NCBI GenBank assembly: GCA_963699545.1
Contig: CAVOUE010000007.1
Location: 32,001 to 96,000, forward strand
DNA from: Nitrospirota bacterium
GTDB lineage: Bacteria > Nitrospirota > Thermodesulfovibrionia > Thermodesulfovibrionales > UBA9159
Direction: 5' to 3'
Length of the DNA: 64,000 bases
In this document: in pieces, positions 9,987 to 22,437 of the stretch
Numbering within the stretch: position 1 is the first letter of the stretch
Layout: each line of letters begins with the position of its first letter
Notes under the pieces: generated by a model
Told to the model about the DNA's origin: nothing
Seen by the model: only the letters and a program-made list of their open reading frames with translations
The model's database searches: none
Program-made: the position numbers and the translations under genes

Positions 9987-11006
9987 ATGCAGTTCGTTGA
10001 TTACGTAAGGATACAAGTGAAGGCCGGTGACGGCGGGAGAGGCTGTGTCAGCTTCCGGAGGGAGAAGTACGTTCCGAAGGGCGGGCCCAACGGGGGCGAC
10101 GGAGGCAAGGGCGGACACATCATCATACGAGCGGTGGGACAACTGAATACCCTCTTGGACCTGAGATATCGCCGCCACTACAAGGCACAGAGAGGACAGC
10201 ACGGCATGGGGAAGAACATGCACGGGAAAGATGGTGACGATCTCATCATCCCCGTCCCTCCGGGAACAACGGTAAAGGACGAAGGGACAGGAGATATCCT
10301 CGCCGACCTTGATGCTGCAGGCAAAGAAGTGATCGCGGCAAAAGCCGGGAGGGGCGGACAGGGGAATGCCCATTTCGCAACTCCCACAAGACAGGCGCCG
10401 AAGTTTGCACAACCGGGGGAAAAGGGAGAGGAAAAGACCCTCGTCATCGAATTGAAGCTTCTTGCCGATGTTGGCCTGGTCGGACTTCCCAATGCGGGCA
10501 AGTCCACGTTCATATCGGTCATATCAGCGGCAAAACCAAAGATCGCCGATTACCCCTTCACTACCCTTGAGCCGAACCTGGGGGTCGTGAAACTCGAGGA
10601 TTTCAGAAGTTTTGTTGTTGCGGATATCCCCGGTCTCATAGAAGGAGCGCATACCGGAGCGGGTCTCGGATTCCAGTTCCTCAGACACGTGGAGCGCACC
10701 TCCGTGCTCCTCCATCTGGTGGATATTTCCGGGATGTCGCCCGGCGACCCGGTGGAGAACCTTGAGAAGATAAACACGGAGCTTGAGCTTTACAGTGAAA
10801 GGCTTCTCGAAAAGCCGCAGATGGTGGTTGCCACAAAACTGGATATCGCTGACGAGAACAAGCTTGACAGACTTTCGGATTACTGCAAGAATAACAGGAC
10901 CGCTTTTTTCGCGGTATCCGCAGCCACTGGGAAAGGGGTGAAGGAGCTCATACGTTATGTTGCGGCAAAGCTGGAGAGGTCTCGTGAGAAGAAACTCGAT
11001 GAGTGA
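9987..11006 (+). CDS. obg: GTPase ObgE/CgtA
   Basis: MQFVDYV..KAGDGGRGCVSFRREKY; GLPNAGKST; DIPGLIEGA; TKLD. Confidence 0.97.
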   Translation: MQFVDYVRIQVKAGDGGRGCVSFRREKYVPKGGPNGGDGGKGGHIIIRAVGQLNTLLDLRYRRHYKAQRGQHGMGKNMHGKDGDDLIIPVPPGTTVKDEGTGDILADLDAAGKEVIAAKAGRGGQGNAHFATPTRQAPKFAQPGEKGEEKTLVIELKLLADVGLVGLPNAGKSTFISVISAAKPKIADYPFTTLEPNLGVVKLEDFRSFVVADIPGLIEGAHTGAGLGFQFLRHVERTSVLLHLVDISGMSPGDPVENLEKINTELELYSERLLEKPQMVVATKLDIADENKLDRLSDYCKNNRTAFFAVSAATGKGVKELIRYVAAKLERSREKKLDE

Positions 11007-11040
11007 TAGTGACCAAGGTATTTTTTTCAGGAGCTGACAG

Positions 11041-12138
11041 TTGAAAAGGCTTGTCATAAAGATAGGCAGCAACATCCTCACTTCGGATAATAACGGTCTT
11101 GACCTTGAGAGGATGCAGTCCCTCACCGACGACATATCCTCCGTCAGGGATGCAGGGTATGAGGTGGTCATCGTCTCTTCAGGAGCTGTAGCCGCAGGGA
11201 TGAAGAAACTCGAACTAAAGGAAAAACCGAAGGACATCATCCTCAAACAGGCGGCTGCGGCAGTGGGCCAGAGCAGCCTTATGTGGGCATATGAAAAATG
11301 CTTCGGAGTCCACGGCAGGAAGGTCGCGCAGATACTGCTGACCCGTGATGATTTTGCTGACAGGAAAAGATATATTAATTCAAGGAATACCCTTCTCACC
11401 CTGCTCTCTTATGACGTCATACCGATCATCAATGAGAATGACAGCGTGGCCACCGACGAGATACGTTTTGGCGACAATGACAGTCTTGCATCTCTGGTTG
11501 CCGGTCTCATTGATGCAGAGCGGTTCATCATCCTCTCTGATGTGGATGGGCTGTTCGACGACGACCCGACGATAAACCCGGAGGCAAAACTCATAAAGGT
11601 GGTAACAAAAATCACTCCTGATCTCGAAAGAAAGGCCGGCGGACCGGGGTCTGCTGTAGGAACAGGCGGGATGTTTTCGAAGCTCCTTGCAGCAAAGAGG
11701 GCGTTGCATCATGGCATCGCGGTAAACATAGTCAACGGAAGGACAAAAGGAGTTCTCTCTTCACTTCTGGAAGGAGCTCACCATGGCACCGAGTTCAGGC
11801 CGCAAGAAACAAGGCTCTCCTCAAAGAAAGGCTGGATAGCCTATGCCTGCAGGACAAAGGGGAGCATTACCGTTGATGAGGGAGCGGCGAAGGCTTTGAT
11901 CCGGGGGGGAAAGAGCCTTCTCCCGTCAGGGATCGTCTCATGGTCAGGAAGCTTTGAGGCAGGAGATGCGGTCTATTGCCTTGACCCGGGCGGCAAGCGC
12001 ATCGCAAAAGGGCTGACGAACTATTCTTCCGCAGAGATAGAGAAGATCAAAGGGAAGAAGACTTCAGAGATAGAGGGCATACTGGGATACCAGTACTCCG
12101 ATGAAGTTATCCACCGGGACAACCTCGTACTGGTGTAG
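11041..12138 (+). CDS. proB: Glutamate 5-kinase with PUA domain
   Basis: VIKIGS; VSSGAVAAG; NENDSV; FGDNDSLA; GTGGM; TTG start with AGGAG RBS. Confidence 0.96.
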   Translation: MKRLVIKIGSNILTSDNNGLDLERMQSLTDDISSVRDAGYEVVIVSSGAVAAGMKKLELKEKPKDIILKQAAAAVGQSSLMWAYEKCFGVHGRKVAQILLTRDDFADRKRYINSRNTLLTLLSYDVIPIINENDSVATDEIRFGDNDSLASLVAGLIDAERFIILSDVDGLFDDDPTINPEAKLIKVVTKITPDLERKAGGPGSAVGTGGMFSKLLAAKRALHHGIAVNIVNGRTKGVLSSLLEGAHHGTEFRPQETRLSSKKGWIAYACRTKGSITVDEGAAKALIRGGKSLLPSGIVSWSGSFEAGDAVYCLDPGGKRIAKGLTNYSSAEIEKIKGKKTSEIEGILGYQYSDEVIHRDNLVLV

Positions 12139-12178
12139 GCATTCTCTGTGCTGCACTTCTCATGGCATACTGCAAGGG

Positions 12179-14137
12179 TTACTGCTGCATCTCAGGCGCC
12201 GCAGAGACATTCGACTCACGTCGGGCAAGCAATCTCTGCACGAGGTAGAACTTCCATACAAAATGATGAAGGTCTTTTCGGCCATACTGGGACATTGCCA
12301 ATGGAATCGGAGAGTCTTTGTGCCGTATCCAGCTCTCAATCGGTGTCGCAAAGCCGATCTTGTCTTTCCTCCACACTATCTTCTCCGGCAGTAGATCCCT
12401 CATTGCCAGTCTGAGGAGCCATTTGCTCCATCCGTTGTAGATTTTATATAGGGAAGGGATCCCCGACACATATTCAACCAACCTATGGTCAACAAAAGGC
12501 ACACGGTTTTCTACGGAAAACGCTGACGCATTTCTGTCATCGTCCTTAAGAAGTTCCCTCAAGTAATCCCTCGTTATATCGCAATGGAGCAGATAATTCA
12601 ATGATCTCGTCCGGTCTATCATCCTCCTGACGCCGCTCTCCCCACAATCTAATTCCCCCAGGAGATGCTCAATGTGTTTAAATTGTTTCCTATTCCTTAC
12701 GTTGAAGATAAATTCCTTAAGACTGCCAGGAATGAATGCATGATAGCCGCCCATTACACAATCAGAAAAAGAGCGCTTGAGACCATACCGTTTTCTTTCC
12801 CCTGACAAAGACGGACAAAGGTCTTTCAAACGCATTTTTCTTATCATGTCAGCCAAATAGACCGGTTCGTATTGGGGGTACCCTCCAAAAAGTTCATCGC
12901 TCCCCTGGCCGTTTAATACCACCTTGACATGGCGCGATGCCAGACGCATAACGTCCCACCCTGCATAGACGTTCGTGTTTTTGCAGAGTTCGTCATGATA
13001 GAACAGGAAACTTTCCAGTTCCTTCCACAACCCGTCTGCTGTGGGATAAACGAAAAAACCTTCAACGCCGGTGTGTTTGATTACTTCTTCCGCATAACGT
13101 TTCTCATCGATACAAGGGTTGTCAAAGGATGCGGTGAAGGTCTTCTGTTTTTGCCCTATTGCGTTTTCATCAATCGCCCCTTCCTTTAACAGCCCGTTGA
13201 TAATGGCCACAATAGACGAGGAATCCAACCCTCCTGAGAGACAGCTTCCGACAGGAACATCCGATATCAACCGCACTCTTACCGCGTCAATGAGCAACTC
13301 CCTGATGTCATCAGCATATTTATAGGCCTGTCGCTCATCATATCTGCCTAATTCATTGGTATAGGGCAATTCATAGTATTTCTTGATCGAAATACCCTGT
13401 CTGTCCAGATCAAAAGTAAGGTTGTGTGAGGGCAGGAGTTGATAAATCCCTTTGTACATATTCTCTTCTGAATGGTGCATCATATGGAACACGATCAATT
13501 CAAACATCAACTCTCTGTTGATCTCCCTCTGCACGAACGGTATTCTCAGCAGTGCCTTTATTTCCGAAGCAAAGGCAAAATGTTCGCCGTCAAACCAGTA
13601 ATAAAAAGGCTTAATCCCAAATCTGTCTCTTGAACAAAACAACCTTTTCTTTCTCTTGTCATAGATGCAGAACGCCCATTGACCATTGAATCTGTTGACA
13701 CAGTCCTCCCCCCATTTTGAGTATGCAGCAAGTATAACCTCTGTGTCGGTCCCGGAAGAAAAGTTGTATCCCGAACCCTGCAATTCCCTTCTTAGTTCCT
13801 TATAATTGAAGATCTCGCCATTGTATGTAATCCAGAGATTGCCATTGTCAAAACTCATGGGCTGATGGCCCTTTGACGATATATCGATGATTGCCAGTCT
13901 TCTCTGTCCCAGTACGACAGGGTGGCCGGATGCATTCACATCCAGTATATCCTTACATCTTTCTTTCGTTTCCGGACTTGAGTTGTCACCAGAAGCCTCG
14001 ATAAAACTATTACCCGCCGCATTGAGGAACACGTACCCTTCATCATCAGGACCTCTGTGCTTAATGGAGTCCAGCGCTTCCTTAATCGTTGCGTTCCTAG
14101 GTAAAGCCGGCGAAAAGATACCTATTATTCCGCACAT
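12179..14137 (-). CDS. asnB: Asparagine synthase (glutamine-hydrolysing) family amidotransferase, probably glycan-modifying
   Basis: N-terminal Ntn Cys (MCGIIG); HRGPDDEG; RDRFGIKP; LSGGLDSS; ENRVPFVD. Confidence 0.9.
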   Translation of the reverse strand: MCGIIGIFSPALPRNATIKEALDSIKHRGPDDEGYVFLNAAGNSFIEASGDNSSPETKERCKDILDVNASGHPVVLGQRRLAIIDISSKGHQPMSFDNGNLWITYNGEIFNYKELRRELQGSGYNFSSGTDTEVILAAYSKWGEDCVNRFNGQWAFCIYDKRKKRLFCSRDRFGIKPFYYWFDGEHFAFASEIKALLRIPFVQREINRELMFELIVFHMMHHSEENMYKGIYQLLPSHNLTFDLDRQGISIKKYYELPYTNELGRYDERQAYKYADDIRELLIDAVRVRLISDVPVGSCLSGGLDSSSIVAIINGLLKEGAIDENAIGQKQKTFTASFDNPCIDEKRYAEEVIKHTGVEGFFVYPTADGLWKELESFLFYHDELCKNTNVYAGWDVMRLASRHVKVVLNGQGSDELFGGYPQYEPVYLADMIRKMRLKDLCPSLSGERKRYGLKRSFSDCVMGGYHAFIPGSLKEFIFNVRNRKQFKHIEHLLGELDCGESGVRRMIDRTRSLNYLLHCDITRDYLRELLKDDDRNASAFSVENRVPFVDHRLVEYVSGIPSLYKIYNGWSKWLLRLAMRDLLPEKIVWRKDKIGFATPIESWIRHKDSPIPLAMSQYGRKDLHHFVWKFYLVQRLLARRESNVSAAPEMQQ

Positions 14138-14205
14138 CTTACTATCCTCTCTCTTTCCACAACCTCTTTTTGTCCATGGTTATTGAGAATGAACCTTATC
14201 TTATG

Positions 14206-15603
14206 TCATAAAAAATCTTTCATATCAAGTCTCTGCTCGACCATGTTCACCTTGCCCGAGGGTGTCGGCTGAATTTCATCGACAAAAAGGATTCCTATTT
14301 GTATGAGCTCTCTCATCAAGCCAAGCATCTCGTCAAGCTTACCCTTTATATATTGTGTATCGGCATCGGTATATGCCTTATCTTTCACGATCTTCAAAGA
14401 GGCTCTTCCCGGTTCTTCCTGATAAAATTGCACCTGACGCACATTGGGAAAGGTCTTTATCCAAGGCATAAGCCTGGGAATAATCTCCCCGTCCTTGCCC
14501 ACAAGAAAGTCCTGCACCCTGCCTTCAATTGCTCGGAATGTTTTGTGACTGCGACCACATTTTGAGCAGAATTCTTTGCCTCCCGTCACCAGGTCGCAGG
14601 TCTTGTACCGTATCAATGGCATGGCATAATTTGTGAACCCGGTGGCAATGATCTCCTCGTGGCCTCTCACCGACTTCGCAAGTCCTGTCAAACCATATTG
14701 GGGGTAGATATGGAGCTCTGTGGACTGTTCGCATTCACCCCCAAGCGCCGCATTCTCCATCATGGAATACATGGAAAAAACCCTGGCGCCAAAGGCCTCC
14801 CCTATCAGTTCCCTTTGCCAGTCGCATAAGGTCTCTGAATACGTGATAACCGCCTTTAGCTTTTTGCCCGATGCCAGATGATTGCTCTTGATAAAAGATG
14901 AGAGAACAGACAGGGAAGATGGATAGCCGGATACGTACTCAGGATCAAACTTCCTCAGCATATCACAGCATTTGGAAAGCCATTCCCCCGTCAGATACCG
15001 TGCGGAAAGGACCAGTTTATTGCCGTATCCCATGAACGGAAGGTTCTTCCTCTTGCCCGTCTCTATGAAAGCCCACAGCATCACTTCCCTCGACCTCGGG
15101 GTATGGCCTATCCTGCCCAACAAGTTCGCCCTGAAGGCATGGAATGCGGCCTCAGCTTCACGACTTTCGTAGATGGTCATGGGGATGCCGGTAGAACCGC
15201 TCGTGAACTTTTTCTTGAGAGAGTGAAGAGGCCTCCGCTCATCAACGAACTCACCGGACTTCTCTCTTACCGTTTCTTTACTCAGGTAGGGCAGCGATGT
15301 TACATCATCCAAACTCTGCATTTTCTGAGGACAGAAACCAATGTCAGAAAAAAGCTTCCTGTAGTACGGAACATTTTTCGTTGCATGCACAAGGAGGTTC
15401 TTCGCCTGTTCAAACTGGTAGCTCTCAAACTTATCTTTGTCCCATTCCTCGGATTCCTTCAATAAAGAGAGCCAGCGAAAAAATGCGGGACCATAAAAAA
15501 CCCTGCGCCTGAAACCCTGAGGAAGCCTCTCATAAACCTCCAGGGCTGCCTTTTCCATAACACTGGATGATCTCAAGAATCTCTTGATAAATTCAGCATT
15601 CAT
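14206..15603 (-). CDS. Phenylacetate-CoA ligase / CapK-like adenylate-forming enzyme
   Basis: VPYYR; TSGSTG; GYPS; MPLIRYKTCD; IEGR; TPSGK. Confidence 0.8.
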   Translation of the reverse strand: MNAEFIKRFLRSSSVMEKAALEVYERLPQGFRRRVFYGPAFFRWLSLLKESEEWDKDKFESYQFEQAKNLLVHATKNVPYYRKLFSDIGFCPQKMQSLDDVTSLPYLSKETVREKSGEFVDERRPLHSLKKKFTSGSTGIPMTIYESREAEAAFHAFRANLLGRIGHTPRSREVMLWAFIETGKRKNLPFMGYGNKLVLSARYLTGEWLSKCCDMLRKFDPEYVSGYPSSLSVLSSFIKSNHLASGKKLKAVITYSETLCDWQRELIGEAFGARVFSMYSMMENAALGGECEQSTELHIYPQYGLTGLAKSVRGHEEIIATGFTNYAMPLIRYKTCDLVTGGKEFCSKCGRSHKTFRAIEGRVQDFLVGKDGEIIPRLMPWIKTFPNVRQVQFYQEEPGRASLKIVKDKAYTDADTQYIKGKLDEMLGLMRELIQIGILFVDEIQPTPSGKVNMVEQRLDMKDFL

Positions 15604-15659
15604 CCCTTATCTCGCGGAATCCACGATTTCCCTGGCCTCTGCTGCCTCTGCTTCAGGTC

Positions 15660-16691
15660 TCACGCCGTGAAAGGCTCCTTATGGGTCAAGGAGAGCATCG
15701 CCGCATCGAACATGGCCCAAAAAGGCCTTCCTGAGGGCTCGGGTATCCCCAGGCGCATACGGTTGTCAACAAGGTACCAGCGGCCGTAATACCCAAATTC
15801 CCGCGCGGTCACAGTAGAATCTATGGGGAGGGGATAGACATTGATGTCAGTAAAAACCGGAAGGTGGTCAGGGCTTCTTCTCAGATAATCAACAGAAAAG
15901 TACTGTATATTCAGGGTTCGTGCAATCAGGTGAATTGATTCGGTTTCAACCGGCTTCATCTCAAATGTGAATTCGAAACCTTCTCTGTTTGCACGTTCGA
16001 CATTCCATCTGTGGCTGAAGGCCACGTAACTGGGATGAATGATGCCTGCAACGTAGAGAACCCTGTATTGCCTATAGAGACCATCCAGTCCTTTTGAATC
16101 AACAAACTCAAAGGGGCGATATCCCTCAATGGGCCCCCGGTAGCGTGACAGGAGCTTGGGAGACCAATGCTTTTCCCTCATTTTATACACAACAAGTGTC
16201 TCTCCGATATCATGCTCGGTAAACGTCGACCGCGGCACGCCCACCCCGGCTTTTTCGAGGATCCTAAAGGTATCTTCTTCATGGTATGAATTATATACAT
16301 CCGGATGGTTGATCACAGGGATTCCCGGCCTCGCCCTCCCGATGATTTGGAGCAATTCCCTTTTTATTTCGGGAGGCACGGGATCCTGGGAGTATACCCA
16401 TACAATATCGGCATCCTCTACCCTTTCGTTCACCGAAGCAGAACAGCTGCGGCTCCTCTCATTGATCCAGAATGCGGTGAAGCGGCCGAACTTGCCTTCT
16501 CGCGGGTGAATATCGAGAAGACACAGATGGAGCCGTCTTCTTAACTGTTTCTGTTTGGCAATTCTCAGCCAGGTGAGAGGACCCCTGTCATAACCGATAC
16601 GCCGTCTGTCGATGCGGGAAGCAAACCAAAGCCACTGTAGAAGGTTGTCCTTCAAACGCCAGATCGCTTTCTGTACTACAGTGTTATCCAT
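15660..16691 (-). CDS. Hypothetical protein, probable ATP-grasp amide ligase
   Basis: VINHP..LEKAGVGVPRS; QYRVLYVAG; YFSVD...FTDINVYP resembles the RimK-like D...(E/D)xN metal site. Confidence 0.55.
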   Translation of the reverse strand: MDNTVVQKAIWRLKDNLLQWLWFASRIDRRRIGYDRGPLTWLRIAKQKQLRRRLHLCLLDIHPREGKFGRFTAFWINERSRSCSASVNERVEDADIVWVYSQDPVPPEIKRELLQIIGRARPGIPVINHPDVYNSYHEEDTFRILEKAGVGVPRSTFTEHDIGETLVVYKMREKHWSPKLLSRYRGPIEGYRPFEFVDSKGLDGLYRQYRVLYVAGIIHPSYVAFSHRWNVERANREGFEFTFEMKPVETESIHLIARTLNIQYFSVDYLRRSPDHLPVFTDINVYPLPIDSTVTAREFGYYGRWYLVDNRMRLGIPEPSGRPFWAMFDAAMLSLTHKEPFTA

Positions 16692-16731
16692 CGTCGTTCA
16701 TTTCTGCCTTACTGTCCCATTACAACAATGA

Positions 16732-17769
16732 TCATGGCCCTTGTAACGCGTCATTCCCATTTGACCCGCTCTTTTTCTTGACAGAATAATAACATTGAAT
16801 CAACCAGGTATAAACCGTACTTGGCACGAACAAGACAAGCAACAGTAATCCCATGTTCGACAGAAACGCGTCAAATGATTCCGTCGATTTGAACATCGCC
16901 AATAACTGCTTTATCCCGCCAAGCCTGTTCCCTGACAGGACGGAAAACAGCAGACGGCCTCTGTAGTGTCTCCTTTTCAGTGCTTTCAGGTCTGCCCGTC
17001 CCACCGAGAGCACAGGTGATAATCTGACCAGGAGCTTTTCATAGGTATAGGAAAAATCCTTATGTATCTCGGCGAGCTGCAACGGGCTTGCATCGACAAA
17101 AAAAGTGACATTCTTATGGTGCAGTCTGTATTGCCCAAGTATTTCCGGCAGGTACAATGCCCGAACGTAACAAGAAGCGACCGCAGTGAGGTAAAAATCC
17201 ACCCCTCGTCTCATATCCTCCGGTATCGGATAAAGTTCCTTTAACAGTGCTCTCCTGAACGAAAAAGAGCTTCCCCCGCAGAAAACATCTCCCTTAATGA
17301 TACGGGTCAATAGCGGTCCGCCGGCGTTCTTCTTGGCAAGGAACGTCCCATAGAAATCCTTATATACAGTCCGTCCGCCGCTATCGATAACATCAAAGGT
17401 ATGATAGACAATCCCGATGTCAGGGTATTGACTGAATGTTTCTGCCACTCTTCTTGTCCTGCCGGAAACCCATACGTCGTCTGCATCGAGAAACGTTATT
17501 ATGTCCCCGTTCGCAAGGGACATTCCTCTATTCCTTGCCGCTGCTACGCCCCGATGCTTCTCATAAAGGTAGGTCACCCTCCCTGCGTATTCCTGAATTA
17601 TTTCCTTTGTGCCGTCCGTGGAGCCGTCATCCACGACAATAAGCTCTACCCTGTCCGTCGGATAGTCCTGAAGAAAAACGCTCTCGATCGTATCGCGTAT
17701 GAAAGCGCCATAATTATACGTCGGAATTATCACCGATATTAACGGCGGACTATTCACCATAACCCACAC
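16732..17769 (-). CDS. Family 2 glycosyltransferase
   Basis: ISVIIPTYNY; VVDDGSTD; AARNRG; FLDADD. Confidence 0.93.
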   Translation of the reverse strand: MWVMVNSPPLISVIIPTYNYGAFIRDTIESVFLQDYPTDRVELIVVDDGSTDGTKEIIQEYAGRVTYLYEKHRGVAAARNRGMSLANGDIITFLDADDVWVSGRTRRVAETFSQYPDIGIVYHTFDVIDSGGRTVYKDFYGTFLAKKNAGGPLLTRIIKGDVFCGGSSFSFRRALLKELYPIPEDMRRGVDFYLTAVASCYVRALYLPEILGQYRLHHKNVTFFVDASPLQLAEIHKDFSYTYEKLLVRLSPVLSVGRADLKALKRRHYRGRLLFSVLSGNRLGGIKQLLAMFKSTESFDAFLSNMGLLLLVLFVPSTVYTWLIQCYYSVKKKSGSNGNDALQGP

Positions 17770-17913
17770 AATGCATTTATCCCGACCAACCCATTCACCC
17801 TATTATAAAGAGTGCTCATAGACAATTGGAAGAACACGGGTGGACGAAGTCATCCATCGGGACAACCTCGCACTGCTCTGATAAATGAATTGCCTTCAGA
17901 GAGACAGGGGAGG

Positions 17914-18428
17914 CTATCTCAACAGCGTCCTTGCCTGTGCAAATATCTCTGCGTAGGCATCACTGGCATAATCTCTGTAGGTGAAGAGGTGAGGCTGGTA
18001 TCTGCGGTCTTTGTCTCTATACACAAGGGTGACCTCGGCGAAGATTCCCTTACCGATATAAATCCGGTGCGAATAGTTCTTGGTTGAAGCAAGGATCACA
18101 TTGTAGGGAGTGAGATAGCCGGGATCAAGATTGATGTTCCTCTTTCCCCCCGTTGATAGCTGCTCTTCTATCTCGATGGTCGCGAGCTTGACATCGGAGA
18201 GGTTTTCACGGTCGATCATGTTCCTGAAGAAGAGAAATCTCCTCCGGATCGGCGAACCCAGTTCCTCCTTATAGTAATCGGAATGCTCCCACGGAAGGGG
18301 GTGGCTCTCCATCCTCAGCTCTCCGAAACATGAACGAAGTCGTTCCCGGGCGGCAGAGAAGTATTCTTCATCATGGTAAAGCGTTGCTGTAAAAAGGAGG
18401 ACGGGTTCGGGGGGGAAGGCTTTCTCAT
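17914..18428 (-). CDS. DUF4416 family protein (1-nt deletion in G7 run at 18409-18415)
   Basis: DYYKEELG; RNINLDPGYL; LASTKNYSHRIYIGKGIFAEVTL; TYRDY; restored N-terminus MRKPSPPEPVLLF. Confidence 0.75.
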
Positions 18429-18438
18429 CACAGAAGGG

Positions 18439-18968
18439 CTATTGCCTCATCATATCTGATATGCGCGCCACAGCCTGGGGAGACGCCCAGTCAAAAGGCC
18501 CGATCATCTTCTCCTTAAGTATCCCTTGCTTATCCACAATGTATGTCTCCGGTACGCCCGTCACACCGTAAGACGTGGCTGTCCTTTCGTCGATGTCAAC
18601 CACCACGGGAAGGTCATAGTTATTACCCTTCAGATAGGCCATCGCCCTTTCGTAATCGTCCCTGTAAAGAATCGTTATCATGCGGAATCCCTTTTGGTCC
18701 CTGAACCGGTTGTAGAGGGAGTGAATGGAAGGCAGCTCTTCCCTGCAGGGCGGGCACCATGTTGCCCAGAAGTTAACAAAAACCACCGTACCTTTCAGTT
18801 CGGAAAGATGAACAGTTTTCCCGGAGGGGTCGCCCACCACAAGCTCTGGAGCATCCAGGCCAACCATAGCCCTGGACGGTTTTGTCTCCTCCTTCTCTTG
18901 ACGCCAAGAACAGCGACCAGCACGACCGCCAGAAGAATGGCAACGATGATAATGGGTTTAGTCTTCAT
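18439..18968 (-). CDS. TlpA/ResA-like membrane-anchored thioredoxin (frameshift near 18895)
   Basis: VNFWATWCPPCREE; YGVTGVPETY; N-terminal hydrophobic anchor from ATG at 18968. Confidence 0.88.
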
Positions 18969-18988
18969 CTTGTTCTCTCTTAAAGGTC

Positions 18989-19022
18989 AAAGAAAAGGTT
19001 CCCCGTGAAATGGAGAACCCCT
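18989..19022 (-). terminator. Probable terminator after clpC
   Basis: Minus strand GGTTCTCC-ATTTCAC-GGGGAACC followed by TTTTCTTT. Confidence 0.6.
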
Positions 19023-19058
19023 TTACCGGTTACGCCAAACGTAGGCTGTGACGCCCTG

Positions 19059-21504
<2,446 letters not shown>

Positions 21505-21523
21505 TAGTGAACCTCCTAAAAAA

Positions 21524-21553
21524 ATAATAATGCTTTTCCATGGTGATTGTCAA
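21524..21553 (-). promoter_or_regulatory. Sigma70-type promoter for clpC
   Basis: TTGACA-18 nt-TATTAT, directly followed by AGGAGG RBS. Confidence 0.5.
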
Positions 21554-21612
21554 CCGAAGGAGCGATGGGGAAGCAGGGAAGGAAGGTATCGTCGAGGCTC
21601 TTTATGCTTTTC

Positions 21613-22355
21613 TTATTTTTCCGTCATGTAGTTGATCAGATACTTGGCAGCCACTGCCGCGACGGAAGACGGGGCGGGCAACCCCTGATGCAGCGAGCGC
21701 AGCGCGTCAAAATCAGACTTCCAGACAACTTCACCGGGGGCAATCAGGCAGACGCTACCCGGTTCATGCGTCGTGACAGAGTTTGCCGTCCTTGAAATAA
21801 TAATAGTCTTCCTCATTTACCTCGGTAGGGAAAGAGCGCATGAACGGGGGAAAATCGCCGGGCTTGAACCAGAGTTTTATCTCTCGTTCAGCCTCGCTAA
21901 CCGTAGCCGAAGCGTGGATGAGGTTATCCATCCTCTCGCCGATGTCGTTTCCTGCAGGGTCCTTGAGGGGGACAATCGTGCCCAGTGACCGGATGCATCC
22001 GGGTCTCTTTTCGCGCGCCACATGGGGATTCGTGGGACCGCAGATGTCACGTATCTTCTTCACCGCATCCTCACCCTGGTAAACGAGCGCTATTACTCTC
22101 CGCTCTCCAGGGTTCATCGGGATAATGGATCAACCCCATGATATATTCAATCAGCGAAGGATAAAACACCTTGCCCCTGTGTTCGGCATAGTGTTCCTCG
22201 GCAAGCATCCTGCTCACATGGACTATCTTTGCGCCGGCAAAGCGCAAACCGGTATGAAACTCCGAAAGATGAGAAAGCACGTACCCCGTCAATGAATTCT
22301 TAAGGGCGTCAGGTTTTATGAGCACAAGTGTCTGCTCGACTTCTTCTCCGTTCAT
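21613..22355 (-). CDS. ndk: Nucleoside-diphosphate kinase, long atypical form (two frameshifts)
   Basis: EQTLVLIKPDA; EEHYAEH; GPTNP..A..PGCIR; NLIHAS..AEREIKLWF. Confidence 0.85.
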
Positions 22356-22437
22356 GCACGGACCCCCTTCCTAAAATGATTTGTGCCAGGAAAGCTCAGC
22401 CTTATCACAGCTGAGCAGGACACACTCTCTCTCAGCA

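Noticed and set aside
10999-11040. In-frame ATG...TGA upstream of proB as selenocysteine or readthrough
   Set aside because: An AGGAG RBS is correctly spaced before the TTG at 11041 and ProB homology starts there; no SECIS-like stem is evident.
12179-14137. AsnB-like gene as a lasso peptide cyclase
   Set aside because: It retains the Ntn Cys and glutaminase motifs; no B1/B2 peptidase or precursor is present, and the context is glycan-related.
18983-19000. CtsR box near clpC (GGTCAAA)
   Set aside because: Only one half-site, downstream of the gene and overlapping the terminator tail.
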